Shown here: piece by piece, positions 12,301 through 26,600 of the stretch | Position numbering within the stretch: the first letter of the stretch is position 1 | How the letters are laid out: the number at the start of each line of letters is the position of its first letter | Assembly: GCA_037447605.1 (NCBI GenBank) | Contig: CM074812.1 | Span: 186,001-250,000, forward strand | Origin: Zygnema circumcarinatum SAG 698-1b | Taxonomy: Eukaryota > Plantae > Zygnematophyceae | DNA: 64,000 bases | Reading direction: 5' to 3' | The notes under the pieces: model-generated | What the model was told of the DNA's origin: nothing | The model's database searches: none | The model's input: the letters and a program-made list of their open reading frames with translations, nothing else | Position numbers and translations under genes: made by a program

Positions 12301-15300
12301 CCTCCAGCCACCTGCTCGGATTGCTTATGCTCTGAGCGGGGGCAGCTGCTGCATTGCCTCCTGCAAAGAAAAGAATTACAGCTCGTTATACTAAATAGCG
12401 AGATGAGAAGGCAAATTCATTTCCGATGAAAAAAATTGCAAGTCACTGGCCCCGGTCTATCCAAGCTCCACTCTACTTCTCGAGATAAACAATTCACAAA
12501 AAAAAAATCTTATCTTTTTGAATTGTTTTAGCCAAAAAAGAAATGCATTTTGCCACATAGTGAAAACCCACCGTTACTCCTCCCTTGTTCCAACGCGGCC
12601 TTCAGCCGTTTTTGAACCTGAGCACTTTCTTCCGTTTTCCGTTGCAAGACCTGCAGCAATTGAAAGACTCACGGATTAGAAAGTCGCGATTTCCTTATTA
12701 CCTTCTCCTGCATAGCAATCCAGCTGAAATTTCCCATACTCATACCGGCCAAGTTTTAGGAAATTTCCATTTTAATTGTTTCCGTATTCACGGTATTGGC
12801 GACTTCAAACCTCACCAGTGTCTGACGCTCGTGTAATGTTCGCAGCTTGTGCAAGTCGTACTCTGTTCGTCGTCCCACTTTACGGAGCTGCTCTCCAGCA
12901 TACGAGACATTTTGTACCATGTAAACATATATTAGGCCATAAAAACATGCATGAAAGCATGGGTATCATTGCATAGTTGATGCTTTCAATGCAAGCCGTC
13001 GTTTATCTGAGCTTCTCTCAGGTCTCAACTCAACTCTGGGACATAGAAGGAAACGTCAGATTTGTAAAATGCTCAAGTCAGATATGACTACTCACCTGCA
13101 TCATCTCTTTCTCACGAGCGTTCTTCCATGCATTGAACTGCTCAAAGTCATGCTTCATTTTCCGCTGAAGTTGAGCCTGCGATAGAAGCCATGAAGCCAG
13201 AAGAAGCTCAGTAAAATTCCCCACTCTTCACAAATTGCTCTTATTTTGAGTTCATAAAAAATGATTAGCAGCATGTAACATTTATCATTGTCCAAACCTT
13301 TTCCGGACATACCTTTGTTTGCTTGATGCGCAGAATCTCCTCCTCCAGCTTCTTTGACTTCTCCTCAACTTTCTGCTTATTTTTCAATAGGTTCCGCTGT
13401 TCTGCCTCCTTCTTCTTGTGCTGCTCCAGCTGCAATTTTCAGTGACACGGAACTGAAGCAGCGTTAATGCTTCCATGTGACTTGACTCCATAAAATCCAC
13501 AGAAAATGGAACAAACCTGAGTTGTAGAAGTTTAAGCTTCTAGCCAATTACACAAAGATAACTCTTGATGCCATTTCTTTTAAGCATTTCCATAAAATTG
13601 TTCTGCCCTTTGCCAATGCAAGCGTTATGCGCAGCAATGAATCACTTCTTAGACCGACAAGGATAGGGAAGACACTCTTTCCCCCCTATGAATAGTTTAT
13701 CAGGCAAAATATAATATCCAGGTCAGAGGATATTATGAGGGGTCTACTACACCTGATGATTTAGTGCTTCCAGCTCAGTTCGGAACTTCTCCTTGAGTAC
13801 TTTCGACTTTTCATCGGGTCGGTGGACAAGATAATCCACATCCTGCATCAGTTTCTCCCGATCTTTCTGCAAGTACATTGAACAACATTAGTATCATATT
13901 CGGAGCAAACTGAACTAATAGCCAATAACTCCTTTCCCAATCCCCAGGTTTTAAAGTTTCTTGATATATCCCAGACAGTAAAACACGCTCGCAAAACACT
14001 AGGAAAGGACTCACCATCAAAGCCTCTCTCTCCGCCATCATCTCTCTCAACTTCCGCTCGAGGCTTGTCCGAGAGTGAGTGTCATCACGTAATCTCGCCT
14101 GCAAATCCGAAGATTGTGTTAAACTGTCAATTAATCTTTCTGCTGTGTTGAAGAGCTCAACATTTGAGAGATTCACTTGATTTTCTTAGAAAAGAAACAT
14201 ACAAGTATTCAAACTAAATAGATACACAGATATCTGTGAGCTGAGCTGTTAAAGTCAGTCTCGAAATTCGAATAGCGAAACAGTGCATCCAGACATTCGT
14301 CCTGGTTTTATTCTACTGCATACCTCTTTCTCCACAAGCCTCTTATTAAGGCCTTGGAGTTGCCTTTGGGACTCGTCATGCTGCATTTGAAAAGCGAGAT
14401 ATTTGCCCTTGTGGTCCCACTCCTCTGCCTCTGCGATTGCTGCATCTTCAGAATCACCTACAAAATGGTGTGGGAATCGCGGACAGGAGATAAGATCATG
14501 ATATCAATCCCGTGGAAGAATAGGAAGACTACATGGGAAAGCCTACAAGTGCTTCACGTGCAATTTTCACTTTTCTTTGAAAGCGTACTCTGCCAATTTG
14601 AACTTCGGCATCTATTAGCATGTGACCGGAACAAAGTTAGAACGCACCACTTGAAGGAAATATGAGAATACCTGTTTCCACGACTTCAGCAGAAAAAATA
14701 TCCGGAGAAAAGCTTTGATATGAAGTCGGCAAATTGCTGCCGCTTAGGATTTGTTCCTCGTTAAAAGATAGACTTTCCGTTTCTTCCATACAGTTGTCTA
14801 GCGCTGTCCAGCTTGAGCCGTGCAGCATATATTCAGCGTGTTTGCACGCACATTCAAGATGATTCTGCATTGATGTCAACAACTCCTGCATATGTAGCAG
14901 AGCTAAACATGAGTGTTGTTCGAGCATACGTTTGGCGAACTGAAGCAGCAATATGATAGCATACCAAAGAGTGGCAGAAGAGTAAATGAAAAGCAGGTTC
15001 ATGCTTACAATGATAGTGCACTATAAGGGTGTCTGTGCCAACCGCAAAATGACTTCCTCAAATGGACAAGTCGATGAAATTGGATATGTGTTTCTATACA
15101 GTGGCTTCGGATTCTCTTTGCTAGGCAGATAAGAGAGTGTTTTGAGAGATAAGATGTAAAGGAGTAGAAGTTTCAGAAAACAAACCTTGCGTGCCTCGTC
15201 CGTGAGGCTTGCGGATTCCTTTGCAGAAAGTAACTTCGTCCTTAAATTGTCTTGCTCAGCCTGCCAAGCTCCATGCCAAACGCTTAGTCAAGCTGCAAAC

Positions 15301-18300
15301 TAAAAAAGCTGGAAACTCTGAGATTGACCTAAAACAGAAATGACTTCTGAAACGGAGATCAGCCAGCGAACACACCAAGATAACAGTCGCGGCTCGATGA
15401 TAGTCTGCTTTGAGTTTCTCCTTCTCAGCCTCTATATCGTCAAGATGCTGCCAAGGGTCAATCATATGTCAGACTTGGAAAGATCTTGATGCCGTGTTTA
15501 AATAAAAATAGCTTCAGTTGACAATACGTCCATTGCTTGCTCGTAATCAAACAATATGAAGTGAAAAATTGTAGTAGAAACCAAGTTCCAGCTGCATACC
15601 TGCTGAATATCAAGACTTTCCCTGCCTGCTTGTGAGTAGGCAAGTTCAGCTTGCAGCATTTGAACTTGATGTCGCAAACCTTGCAGCTCGGCGGCGACCG
15701 GATCTCGATTCACCTGCATGGTGGCAGATCAGTCAGGATCGGCCACATACGCAGGAGGAAAAAATAACTCATTTCATCGGAGTTAAAAAAAGAAAATATC
15801 TTACAATGGGTTTATTCTGAATGTTCCTGGCCCTATTTGCATATTTCAGCGTACTAATCGTCTCGTCCATGTTGATGTCCGCAGGGCTGATACACGCTGT
15901 GGAAAACAAAAAGGATGTTTGTTAGAATTTATCTCTTTGTAGGTATATGAGCTACAAAAAATAACTGCTTAGGCGGCTAGAGAAACTGCCTCACCTATCA
16001 TCACAGTTCTGCTGTTGCCTCCCAAGGAGTCCTGCAATGGATTCAAAGGCCAACAAAGACAGTTCAGTTTGAAAAGCAAACACCGTGAGCAGTCGGCCTG
16101 AACTAGTTATGTCTCCATCTTTAGCATTATTTTTCATGAAGACATTCCATTTTAAAGTTGATGTATGATATCGGGGAGCACAGACTCATTACCTTGAGCA
16201 GCCGAGTTAGCTTGCTGTCCCGGTATGTCACAAAACCCCCTTCTTTCTTCATCTTCTCATCACCAAGCGCACTGATGACATTGCCGAGGGCCAGTAAGCC
16301 TTTGTTTATGTGTATACCTGCATTGAATAGATTGAATAGTCGCCTGTATTGAATACTGTGTATTGCCTGCATTGCACAATTATACTACATAATACCAGTG
16401 CTATCTTTTGCGTAAAATATAGAGCATCATTATGCTCCTGTAGTGCAGCTTCTACAATTGTCACAAATGCACAGGCTTATGTATTCGTTTCCTCTCACAT
16501 TGGTTTATCCTCTTCCCCCCCCCCCCCCCCCCCCCCCCCNNNNNNNNNNTCCTCTTCCCCCCCCCCCCCCCCTCCACCCTTAATGCGGTTGGCAAGTTAC
16601 TATCATTTGAGGTCACATGAACGCGAGTTCTGCAATAAAGCCAAAGGCGAACGGACGAATAAAATCTCCTCGATTGCCAGGAACCTTACCTTCTTGCAGT
16701 CTTTGTCCATCTGCTTTCGTTTTCTTAGCCCTTTCAGATCCAGCGAGATCTACAAGGTGAAGCTTAGCGCAGAGAAAATCCCCCTCATCTCCACCCGCCA
16801 TTGCACCGTCAATACCAGCATCCCATCGACGTCTTCTCTCCAAAACAATGGTGAAGATGGCGTGGCTTCGGCTGCAGATACGAAAGATGCCAATTACCAA
16901 ATGAAGCTTGCATAGCAATGCCTTTACCCAACATGTTCAAGCAATCCAACATTGGGTGTACATTGATTCTAAGCATCGCATCATAAGAAGGCCCTCATAT
17001 GCTGCTGTAGTGGGTATGTAAACATGCAAATATGTTCAGCGTCATGTTAACGCAAATCAAACCTCAGCTTTAAAGGAAGCATTCTCTAAAGGAAGGTAGA
17101 CCTCTCTAAGAGACGGACGAGGACCAGTTTCAAGGCCAAGTGCTAGCATGGAAGTATACCTTGATTTGGAGTTCATGTTGGTGCTCCCAGTTGCTCGACA
17201 CTGGGAACCATGCTCCAAGCATTCGGCCATTTCTTCAAGAGAAATGACATCAATTTCTGTAACGCCGGTCAGAGCAACTCCACCATTTTGCGTTTCTCTG
17301 ATGGCAGGCTGCTGCTTCGCTTGAGCTGCTCCTTGCCCGCTGACACCACTAGAACCGTTTAAGCGTAGTCCATCTAAGAGGTCCTTAATTTCCTCCATGT
17401 GGATCTGGAAAAAAAAATAAACGAAGTAGCATCATAAACTGCACGAAGGAAATTATTTTTTACTTGTGTTTTGTCTTTCCCAAAAAAATATTGAAAGTTG
17501 AGAACAGCGGCATCGAAGCAAACTTACAGGGCACCAGGTACTGTTGTAGAACATCAGGAACATCAGGCAACTGCTACAGATGCAAACAGGGATGTGACAC
17601 AAACATCTGTCATTCTTTGCTGTGCGGATGGCGAAGAGATGCATTTCAGACGAGAACAAGTCATTCTAAGCAGCACTGACCTCAATGAAGGATACGCGAA
17701 CATCGAACTTGGCAGTCTTCTTCATTTCTTCAATTTTTCCGAAAATCGTTTGCATTGTTTTTGGAATCACTCCCTTAGTATTTCCGCCAGTTGTATACGC
17801 TGTGCCCATTGTCCAGGTCTTGCCTGATCCGGTTTGGCCATACCTGAAATAGTCAAGAAAGGAGAGGTTTGCCAATCAAAAATATGTAGGAGAGTTATAA
17901 AAGGCAGGTTGTCACCTGGTTTCGCTTAAAATCAGATTGATTCATTCATCAGGACAAAAAACATGGAAAAAAAAAGTTTTACTACTGATGAATCATTGGT
18001 TTTCCAAAAGTTAAAATGCAACTGCAAACATTTTCAACTAGATAGATATCACACGCAACTATACATTCAGTCTGTTTTCTGAAGCAGGTGCATAGGCCAG
18101 TTTTCCCTGAAATTCCAAATTTATATTTCTTCAAGTATTGCTACATCTAAGTTTCAGAGAAATAATACTGGTCTAAGTCGAGAAGAAGTCATGAACAAGG
18201 ATCACGTACAGATGATCCAAATAGTCACAGAAGATGAATTGAATCTATTTCCCAATAGATGCCTGACTTGACAACTATATCAAAGATGCTTCTAGCGCAC

Positions 18301-18751
18301 CACTTTCAGTTTTAAGATAGTGTACTTACGCCAAGACTGTCGCGTTGTACCCTTGGAATAATCCTTCTACCAACGGCAAGACGCAATCTTCAAATAGGTT
18401 GGTTTGAGGCGCTCCAGTGCTCCCATACACGTGATCAAATGTGTACGCTTTATCCGGATATATTTGAACCTGCAAGCTTTCCTCCGGCCAGTGAGGTAAT
18501 CCTTCCAGGCAAAAGATATCAACGAATCAAGTGTCACCTTCAATTTGAGCAACCTCAAACTAGAGGAAACCTAAATGAATTACCAAATTGGAGGAATTTA
18601 ATGCTGCTGTTTTTTCAATGGATTTTCTCACCTGAGGTTCACCAGGAGCAACTGAGACGCATTGCTGACAGGACTCTTGGAGCTCCTGTTCAATCAACGG
18701 CCTAATATTCACTGCAACCTTCACGGACTGACTTTCACCTGGTTCTGCCAT
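9382..18751 (-). CDS. KIN4: kinesin-4 family motor (KIF4/KIN4C-like chromokinesin), multi-exon
   Basis: Exon 1 18751-18632 is [19 protein letters not shown]. Later exons give YTFDHVYG...GYNATVLA, the P-loop [69 protein letters not shown] and [11 protein letters not shown]. Coiled-coil exons follow, then a Cys-rich CXC domain ([13 protein letters not shown]...CGTHCLC). The last exon 9810-9382, joined in phase 0 after PLNDIQNK, ends in a KEN box (DKENIRH). Confidence 0.95.
16540..16549. other. assembly gap (10 N) in a kinesin intron with duplicated flanks
   Basis: 'tcctcttccccccc...' appears on both sides of the N run, typical of an unresolved poly-C tract. Confidence 0.9.
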
Positions 18752-19505
18752 CCCGACTAGGTCACCAAGCTGTCCTCTCTGCTTTTATCTGCAACCAAAG
18801 CGACAAACCTCGCTACATGTAGGTTACATCCACAAGGCTACATATCCTAAACAGAATTTTCCTCTCGAATCTGAATACCTTCCTTGGAAGAGAGGTGAGG
18901 AGAAGGGGATGGCACAGAGAAAGGAGAGAGGAGAGAGAGAGAGGAGAGCTGGATTGGGAGAGGGAGCGGGAGTGGGAGAGCAGAAATTTCAAAATTTCCG
19001 ACCGTTTGTTTGTCCAGGGGATACCGTACGGTCAGCCCCAAGGTCGGCGTTCCATGCGCTCCAACAGTTGCACAAATCTTCAAATTGCTACTACGCGTGA
19101 ACTGGGCCGCATAGAACAGGTGACCCGGCCAGAAATTCTGAACGACGGTCCGATCGCGCCGGAAGCTCTCCACCGTCCGATGATTTCCATACCCATTTAC
19201 CGGACACTGTACGGAATGTATCGCCCAGTCGCGACAAAAAGGGTTGTCTACTTGTCTCACAGTCATAATATCGGGCTTTCATTTATATATCGTATCGTGT
19301 CGTATCGGCATGAGATCCAAATGTTGGGAGGTTTTTGTCGGGCTGCTCATCGTGGGCCTTCACAAACGTAAAGCCTCTGAGGAAGGAGAACGGCGGACTT
19401 GCGCTGAGCTCACGATGGTGCCGCGAACAGGTTAACATGTGAGCCTTGCTCAGACCCAAACAGATAGATGTGCTACTGCTCACAAGCACAGGAGTGTGAC
19501 TATTA

Positions 19506-19538
<33 letters not shown>

Positions 19539-20346
19539 AAGGGAGAGAGGGGCAGGGGGGGAGCAGGTTGCGGAGCTTGCGGTATCTGAACCAAAGGACG
19601 AGGAAACGCGCGTGTGGATATGAAATGAAGAGAAAGGGAAACGGGAGTAGAGATGATAAATGTGCGAAAGCAAAATGTAAAAAACTAGTGTGAAGGGTCA
19701 TAAATGACCTATGAACAAAAGAACGGCCACGAGGGGAACTTTGCTTCTTTGCTGCTTCGTCTCATGCCTGGTTGTGCCTCTTCTCATGGAAGACGTGGAC
19801 ATCCCAAGCACAGCCGAGGCAGGAAGGACAAGGGCACTCAAGTAAAGTGTGCCGTTTACATTAGATGATTGTACAATGTCCTAAGTCTGTTTGTAGACAT
19901 TTTGATACTATAGACTTCTAGTATTCTAGAACTTAGAACTCCAAAACTTTGGTATTTATTGCTATATAAGGAACGGAAACGGTACGTTTTAACATAGCCG
20001 AAAGTTCGTGCTGCGCTTGTTGTACAGCTTCCAACAGTCGTTGTTGCATCTATCGTCATTCGTGAAGTCAGCTGAATTCGAGATGACTGCATAACCGAGA
20101 CCTAGTCTGAACCTGGCGACCAAGAGTCCATCTCAAAGCCCCAAAAGTCAAAAGGACTGCCGTAAAGCAAAAACAAAAGAAAAACAAGACTACACGGACA
20201 GTACGGACGCCTGGTAATGCCCCGCCTCCGCGCCCGACCGCGCGCGTTCCCTCCTCCCGTCCGTCCCTCCCTCCCAATAATGCGCCGCCCCGCCCCGCTC
20301 CGCCCCACAGCGACTCCGCCGCAGGGCGCAGTCCCCCCCGGCCGCA

Positions 20347-22661
20347 GCGCCGCCGCCCGTCGCCGCCTTCCGGTCCGCTCCGGTCCGACCCGCGGCCGCC
20401 CGCGGCCGCCGCGAAGGCCCGGAGTCAGGCGCGGCGCCACGTGGCGCACACCGACATTCGCACGCGCCGCCGTGCCACCGCGTCCGCCGACTGCCCCTCC
20501 CTCGCACGTGTGCGTTGACTTCCGTCGGCAGGGCGGCGCGGCGCACAAAAGGGAGAGAGAGAGAGAGCGAGAGCAGCGCCGCCTCGCCCTCGCCCTCTAT
20601 CTCGCTCTCCGGCGCAGCGCCCTCCCTCCCTCCTCTCAGCGCGCACACCGCCCACCATGGCGGCCAAGCTTCAGGCGCGCTTCTTCACCCTCGCGATGCT
20701 TCTCCTCGCAGTCCGCCACGCGGCAGCTGGGCGGCCGTTAAGGACGCTCAAGGCGAGCAGCGACGACGGTGCAGCGTTGGCGGGAGAGTTCACGGAGTGT
20801 CCAAGCAGCCCCACGCAGTACTGCGACTTCTACTTTGACGGCTACGCGGCATCGCTGCCCGTCATCAGGTAGGCGCGCAGGCCGGCATCGCAGCGCTGCA
20901 ATGTGACGTGACGCGGACGCGGGCTTCGTGACGCTTTGGATGCATCGCCGCCGCTTTTGATGGCCGGGTGGATCCGACTGACAGAGGAGCGGGGGGGGCC
21001 TGCCTGCATGCATGCGCAGCCTGGAGGGGTCGCCCGACACTTCTGTGGGCCCTGTCGTGGTGGACTCCGCGAGCGGGCAGAGCGTGGAGGTGGACAGTAC
21101 GGCCAACGCAGCGTTTCTGTGCGCGGGCGTGGCGCGGGTCAGCGCGGGGAACCAGTTCTATGCCAATGGAGAGGAGGCCACGCTCAAATTCCGCACGTTC
21201 AACACTGTAAGGATCGGGTGGCACGGGGAATGCAGCATGCGAAAGAGTTTCGCGCTCGGACTTCCGCTAGTCAGATATTGCATGCTTGATAGTCTTAATG
21301 TAACACGAATAGATGTCCGAGTATTTGAAGTAAAGGAATACTTTAAAAGGAAAAGTTTGACACTTTTTATCTGACACACGATGGTGGCGCGCATGCAGCC
21401 TTCGAAGGCCTACTTCGAAAATTCGTGCTTCGTTCTTCCCCTCCAGTCCCTGCGCATCACCGCTGACGACGTCCCTCTCAACCTCAACCGCGGTGACGGC
21501 AACCAACAGCGCTACCCCGATGCTCGCCGCTGCCTCGTCTTCACAACCGGCCCTCAAGGCGTCTCTGGCGGCACGTGCAACGCTACTTCCATCCCTTCCC
21601 CTCCCCCTCCCACTCCTCCTTCCCCTCCCCCTCCCTCTCCTCCCTCCCCATCCCCTCCCACTCCTCCTCCTTCCCCTCCCCCTCCCTCTCCTCCCCCCCC
21701 ATTCCCTCCCCCTCCATCGCCTCCCCCATCCCCTCCCCCCCCCTCTCCTCCTCCATCCCCTCCCCCTCCCTCCCCTCCGCCCCCCTCTCCCCCTCCTCCC
21801 CCCCCTCCATGCAACACCTCCTGCCCTTCCACTCCCCTAGAGCTGTGCGACTTCTACTTCGACGGCTACTCCACGGAGATCCCCACCTTCTCTCTGACGG
21901 GCGAGGCGAGCCGGCTGAGTCCCGGCCTCCGCACGGCGGTGACGGGCCGCGCGCTCGCCGTGGAGGTGGACAGCTCCGGCGCGGGCGCGTTCCTCTCCTG
22001 CCCGCCGCCGCCCGCCATGGCCGCCATGGCGGGCGAGCAGTTCTTCCTCGGCGGCGAGGACGCGGTCCTGCAGGCGCGGACCTTCCAGGCGGCGCCCGGC
22101 GCGGCGTTCTATGCGGGCCGGTGCGTGCTGTTGCCCGTGACGGCGTTCCGTGTGCCGTACGGCCCCGCGCTGGCGTACAACGTCCCGCCCGACGACGAGC
22201 GCTTGTTCGCCGCCGCGCGCCGCTGCGTCGTCTTCAGGACCAAAGCGTGACGTGACATCTGTCACGCTCCCTCTTGTTGTTGTTTGGGGACTTGGGCCTC
22301 ATGACTCGTGAGGTCACCATGTTGTTGTTGTTGGCGATGATGCGACAACCATTCGTTGTCGGATCACTGCGGCGGTTGCGCCTCTGAGAGATGCACACTC
22401 GGAAGGATTTACGTGCTGTAAATCGCGTCAATCCGAAGGAGAGAGAGAGAGAGAGCAGGAAGGGAGAGGCTGCGCATAGTGTAAATAGCATCTTAGGAAG
22501 GTTTGATGGCGATCACTGGTTCGATTGCGACGTCAAGAAGAGGTCGAGTGGCTCTGAGCGGGAGACTCGGAAGTAGCGAGCGAGCGGGCGGGCGCATATT
22601 GGTCCCTTAGTAGTACTACTTGTGTACATTTGTGTGGCATTAATTCATATGAAATTTTGAC
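20347..22661 (+). repeat. arm 1 of a ~2.3-kb inverted duplication (partner 45373-47459)
   Basis: Base-by-base reverse-complement match wherever arm 2 is assembled (for example 22260-22661 vs 45373-45780, and 20347-21028 vs 46712-47459), with scattered SNPs and small indels. Confidence 0.95.
20657..22250 (+). CDS. secreted two-domain proline-rich (HRGP-like) protein of unknown family, 416 aa, 3 exons
   Basis: Exons 20657-20868, 21020-21206 and 21399-22250 are all GT-AG and in phase, totalling 1251 nt. Layout: signal peptide MAAKLQARFFTLAMLLLAVRHAAA, domain A, a (Ser-Pro3-5)n rod (~21590-21810), then domain B homologous to A. Confidence 0.85.
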
Positions 22662-23605
22662 GTTGTCATTACATTGGAACAGGCGCTTTATTCTTCCCTC
22701 ATTTCACCCTTGCTTTCCATACAATCCCTATTGCACCATCATATGAATAAGTATTTCCATCTTCTATGTTCTGCAGAATTTTGTTGTAGATCCATATCCA
22801 GCGCAAGGATAAATCAACCTTGTATAAGTTTGGGTTTATCAAAATTTTCCTTCTTCCCGTAAAATGTTGCAGTTTTCCAATCATCCTCGGCAGCCATGGT
22901 TTGTCCGTCTCATCAAGGAATAATGCCCCTAACTTGGTCACGGAGCCCTTGCTAGGCAATTTTTTTTCCTTTGTCATCTATATTTTTCTAAGTTGGCTTG
23001 ATACTATGTTCAAGTGACCAAGTTTCTTGTGATCGCAAAGTGTCAGCTCAAGACGATGCCATGAGAATGACTGGCCTCACAATGCTAGAACATGACAAAG
23101 TAGTCGCAGCATAGCATATAAGCGCATGTACATGGCATGTCAGGACATGACATGAAAGACATCATGACATGTCATGTACTGTGCCTTCACACCATCGTCA
23201 GAGAACAAACTGGTTTTCGACCGACTGGTTTCTCGTCCCAAACTGGTTTTCGACCACGGCGGCCGAAATACACCGCCCTGCCTCCGACGGGCCCCCTCTC
23301 TCCTTTACCCCCGTCGGCCTTGGGCCAATCAGCGGCTTGCTTGGCAATCGCAGCCAATGCGGTGCTCGGAGCGCTCGTGCGGGGAGCACTTCCCCGAGCG
23401 CTGGATGGGGCGGAATTACCCCGTACGAAATTACGGTCGACAGGTTATATGTGCAGTTAGACAGGCTGTTTCTATGTCGCCAGGACAGGAAAATCGGTAA
23501 ATCCTGTTCTGTTAGAGCTTGGAAGTTATGGGAAGGAGAGACTTGAGACACGGTGTAAGGGGAGAGGAGGGAGCCTGGAGGTTTGGAGAGAGGGAAGGCG
23601 AGGCC

Positions 23606-26600
23606 ATGGCGGATCAGGAGGGAGAGGGAAGCGTGGCCGACAAGCAGAAGGAGCTCGGGGACAGTGTGGCCGCGGTGCTGGAGAGAGGGAAGGCGCTGCA
23701 GGACACAGCAGCGCGCTATAGCGGGAAGCTGAAGACGGAGGGAGATGCTCTGGGAGAGGAGGCCATGTCTCTGGAGAAGCAGATTAAGGAGCTTCTGAAG
23801 AAAGTCAATGGCGCGGCAGAGCGAGAGGAGATCAGCGCAGAGGCTGCGGAAGAGGTAATGATTACTGAATGGGGTAGTCATGAGGGGGGAGACGTATCGG
23901 AAGGGTAGTTGTGAATGTGGAAAAAGCGCGAAAGGGCGAGGGAGACGGAGAAAACGAAAGAAGAAGGGGAACTTGGTTGTAGAAGAGAAAGACGGGCAGA
24001 GAGCGAGAGAGACAGAGGGACAGAGATAGAGAGGGAGAATTGAGCGGCGAGGATCGTTTCAGGATTCTGCCCTCTCCCTTTTCCAATTTTTTTTTCTTTT
24101 TTTTGCTACGTGTCTATCTGCATTAAGGGTGGGCTCATGCTATTGTTTTCACACTTCCTATTTCTTCAGTCTGCTCTTATGTAAGCATATGAGGTTTTTC
24201 GGAGATTAGGGTGTCTTTGCGTCGGACTCTCCGTTGAGCGTATTGTCTAGACGGCACTAATCACGGCATGTCACGTCAGGAAATATGCAAGCGTGGCACA
24301 GCGTTCCGCTTAACAGGGTAGCTTCAATGCAGAGCCACCCTTTTTCTATTTTTTTCAACAACGCTCATCTTGCCTGATGCAGCTCCTGCTATCTATGGGC
24401 GGTGCTGCAGTTTGAAGTCGAGCTCTACCGCGCGAGGGGAATGGTGTATGAAGGCGATGTGGCGGCCGCCCTTCCACATAAGGCCAATGGTAAACACCCT
24501 TTAAAGCATGGCCTGCTTGTGAGAATGTCAGCATGTCAATAATAATTCCTGAAGGGTATTCTCCTTGCTTGCTTGCTCTTTTGAGGTGTTAGTGAAAGGG
24601 CTTTTCATATTTTGCTCTTCTGAGCTGTTCGGTTAATCAACTTGAAACAAGTTGAGGTATATTCGTTCTTTATGAGAAGAGATAATCGCATGGCACTAGT
24701 TTTTGTTAAGTAGAAGAATTATTGAATTTAGGGCTCCTTTTTTCGTTTTTTGCCACTTGGTCCTTGATGACTTGCTGTCTTTTTGCTGCGGATATTGGAT
24801 TTTCCATTGTTCCAATTTTTTTTTTTTAACTTTTATCCCACGTGCATTCGTGCAGGTTGGTTTCTCAGCTTGTTTTTAGGCCCTGTGAACGTGAAGTCGG
24901 CAAGGAAGGATGTACGATTCAAAGTGAAAGAGGAATACAACAGTTACAGGGTGAGGAAACACGAACTCAGTTCTCATTGTATGTAGCAAATAGAAAATGT
25001 CTTTTAGATTTTTCCCCCAAGCAGGCCATTGCCAGGTTGGTTAAAATAAAGATAAAGATAAAGATAAAAGATAAGAGAAGGATGAGAAATTTTGGCACAT
25101 CTTCAACAACCATTTTCCATTACTCGGTCAGTGGCACATAAGAAAATCACGCTCTCACACCTTCCCTTTATTTCTTCAGGACAGAACCTCTTTGCTGTTC
25201 CTCGGTTTTCCAGCGGCTCTATTGATCTTGAAGGAGCGACTATGGCAGGGATGCTTTCCAGGGATCCCTGTCCATGCTTATCAGGTGCCTGTCACACACT
25301 TATTAGTTATATGTCGAGTCGGGCTGGGTAATGTCAAGTCACATCATGTCATTCAAGTCAAGTCAAGTCATTTTGCTTGCTTATGCTGGAATCAAGATTC
25401 TAAAGCGCGTCATGTATGCTTTGAATGTACCAGGCGTGGCTTCTCTTTTTCTACACCAGCCTCGCTCTGCGGGAAAATATACTTCGCATAAATGGCAGCG
25501 ATATCCGACCCTGGTAAAGGCATTTTTTACAGCCTCATATGCCCGTCCTTTTCTCTAAAGCTCGGCAAGGGCCGGCATATTCATCCAGCCTTTGTTTCCA
25601 CACCTTACTGAATCAGAAATCTGCTATGCACAGGTGGATTCAACATCACTACTTTGCGATGTCCATGGCCCTCATAAGTCTTACGTGGGGCATAGAGGGC
25701 CCTGACTGTGCTGCTAAGCAGGTAAGCATGCTTAGGGTTCATACGAACTTTTGCTGTTCAGTTGATCGCAGTCATGATCATTATCTTGCTCACACACAAC
25801 TAACATTCTGGATGGGGATTTTTTGAGCAGAGGGGAGTCAGCCTATTCCTTCTCTGGGCTATAATGCAGGGAGTAGCAATGCTTCTGCAGAATCACTATC
25901 AAAGGCAGCGTCTCTACACTCGGATAGCTCTCGGCAAGGTCAATATTCTGAAACTTATGAACTTACCCTGGCGATTAAGTTAGCAGAAGTGGACATCCTA
26001 GTGATGGAATGGACAATGCATGGATTATGAACCTAAAGTATGTCCTATGTTGACACTGTATTTGGGTGTTGGCTCGAATGCAGGCAGGTAGGATGGATGT
26101 TGTGTGGGGGGAGACTGCGGGAGTGAAAGGCCAGCTATGGATTCTCTATCCTCTCCTCTTCGTACTGCAGGTGAGCTGTTCCTTCTGCTTGTTTATCCTC
26201 CTGCAACTTTAAATGAACTATGACTACTTACTCCTGTGGGGTATCTGTGAATCTATTTGTTCTATGTTCTTGTTCTAGTTGTGCTAGATGGCTTCTCTTG
26301 AGCAATCATCCGTTATCCAATGCGTGGTGCCAAAAAACAAGCTTCTAAGGTGCAGGCTTGTTTAAGAAGGAGAAAGCAAAGATCTCTTTCCCCCACTCTG
26401 CCGCTTTTTCCTCTGGTCCAATGTATGCCTGGATGGCCCATGCGTCCTCCACTTCTCACTCACAGAATTGCTAATTTTCGGCAGGCGTTTCAATTCTACA
26501 TTGGCATTTTGCTCCTGCATTCAGCCTTTTATGAGGACTCTGAATGGCAGGTAAGGCAGTGCCCCGAGCAAACTGCTAGTATGAAACACAATGCACTCTC

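Noticed and set aside
16505-16575. Direct repeat TCCTCTTC(C)n around the N run as a TSD or insertion
   Set aside because: It is best explained as the same poly-C tract assembled from both sides of a gap.
17683-17695. GTATCCTT (U12 5' splice consensus) on the minus strand
   Set aside because: It is coding sequence (VRVSFIE of the kinesin motor), and the real donor is a few codons downstream.
19283-19435. FLRGFTFV peptide resembling an AGC-kinase hydrophobic motif
   Set aside because: Spacing is wrong for FxxF[ST]F, no kinase exons lie nearby, and the ORF is short.
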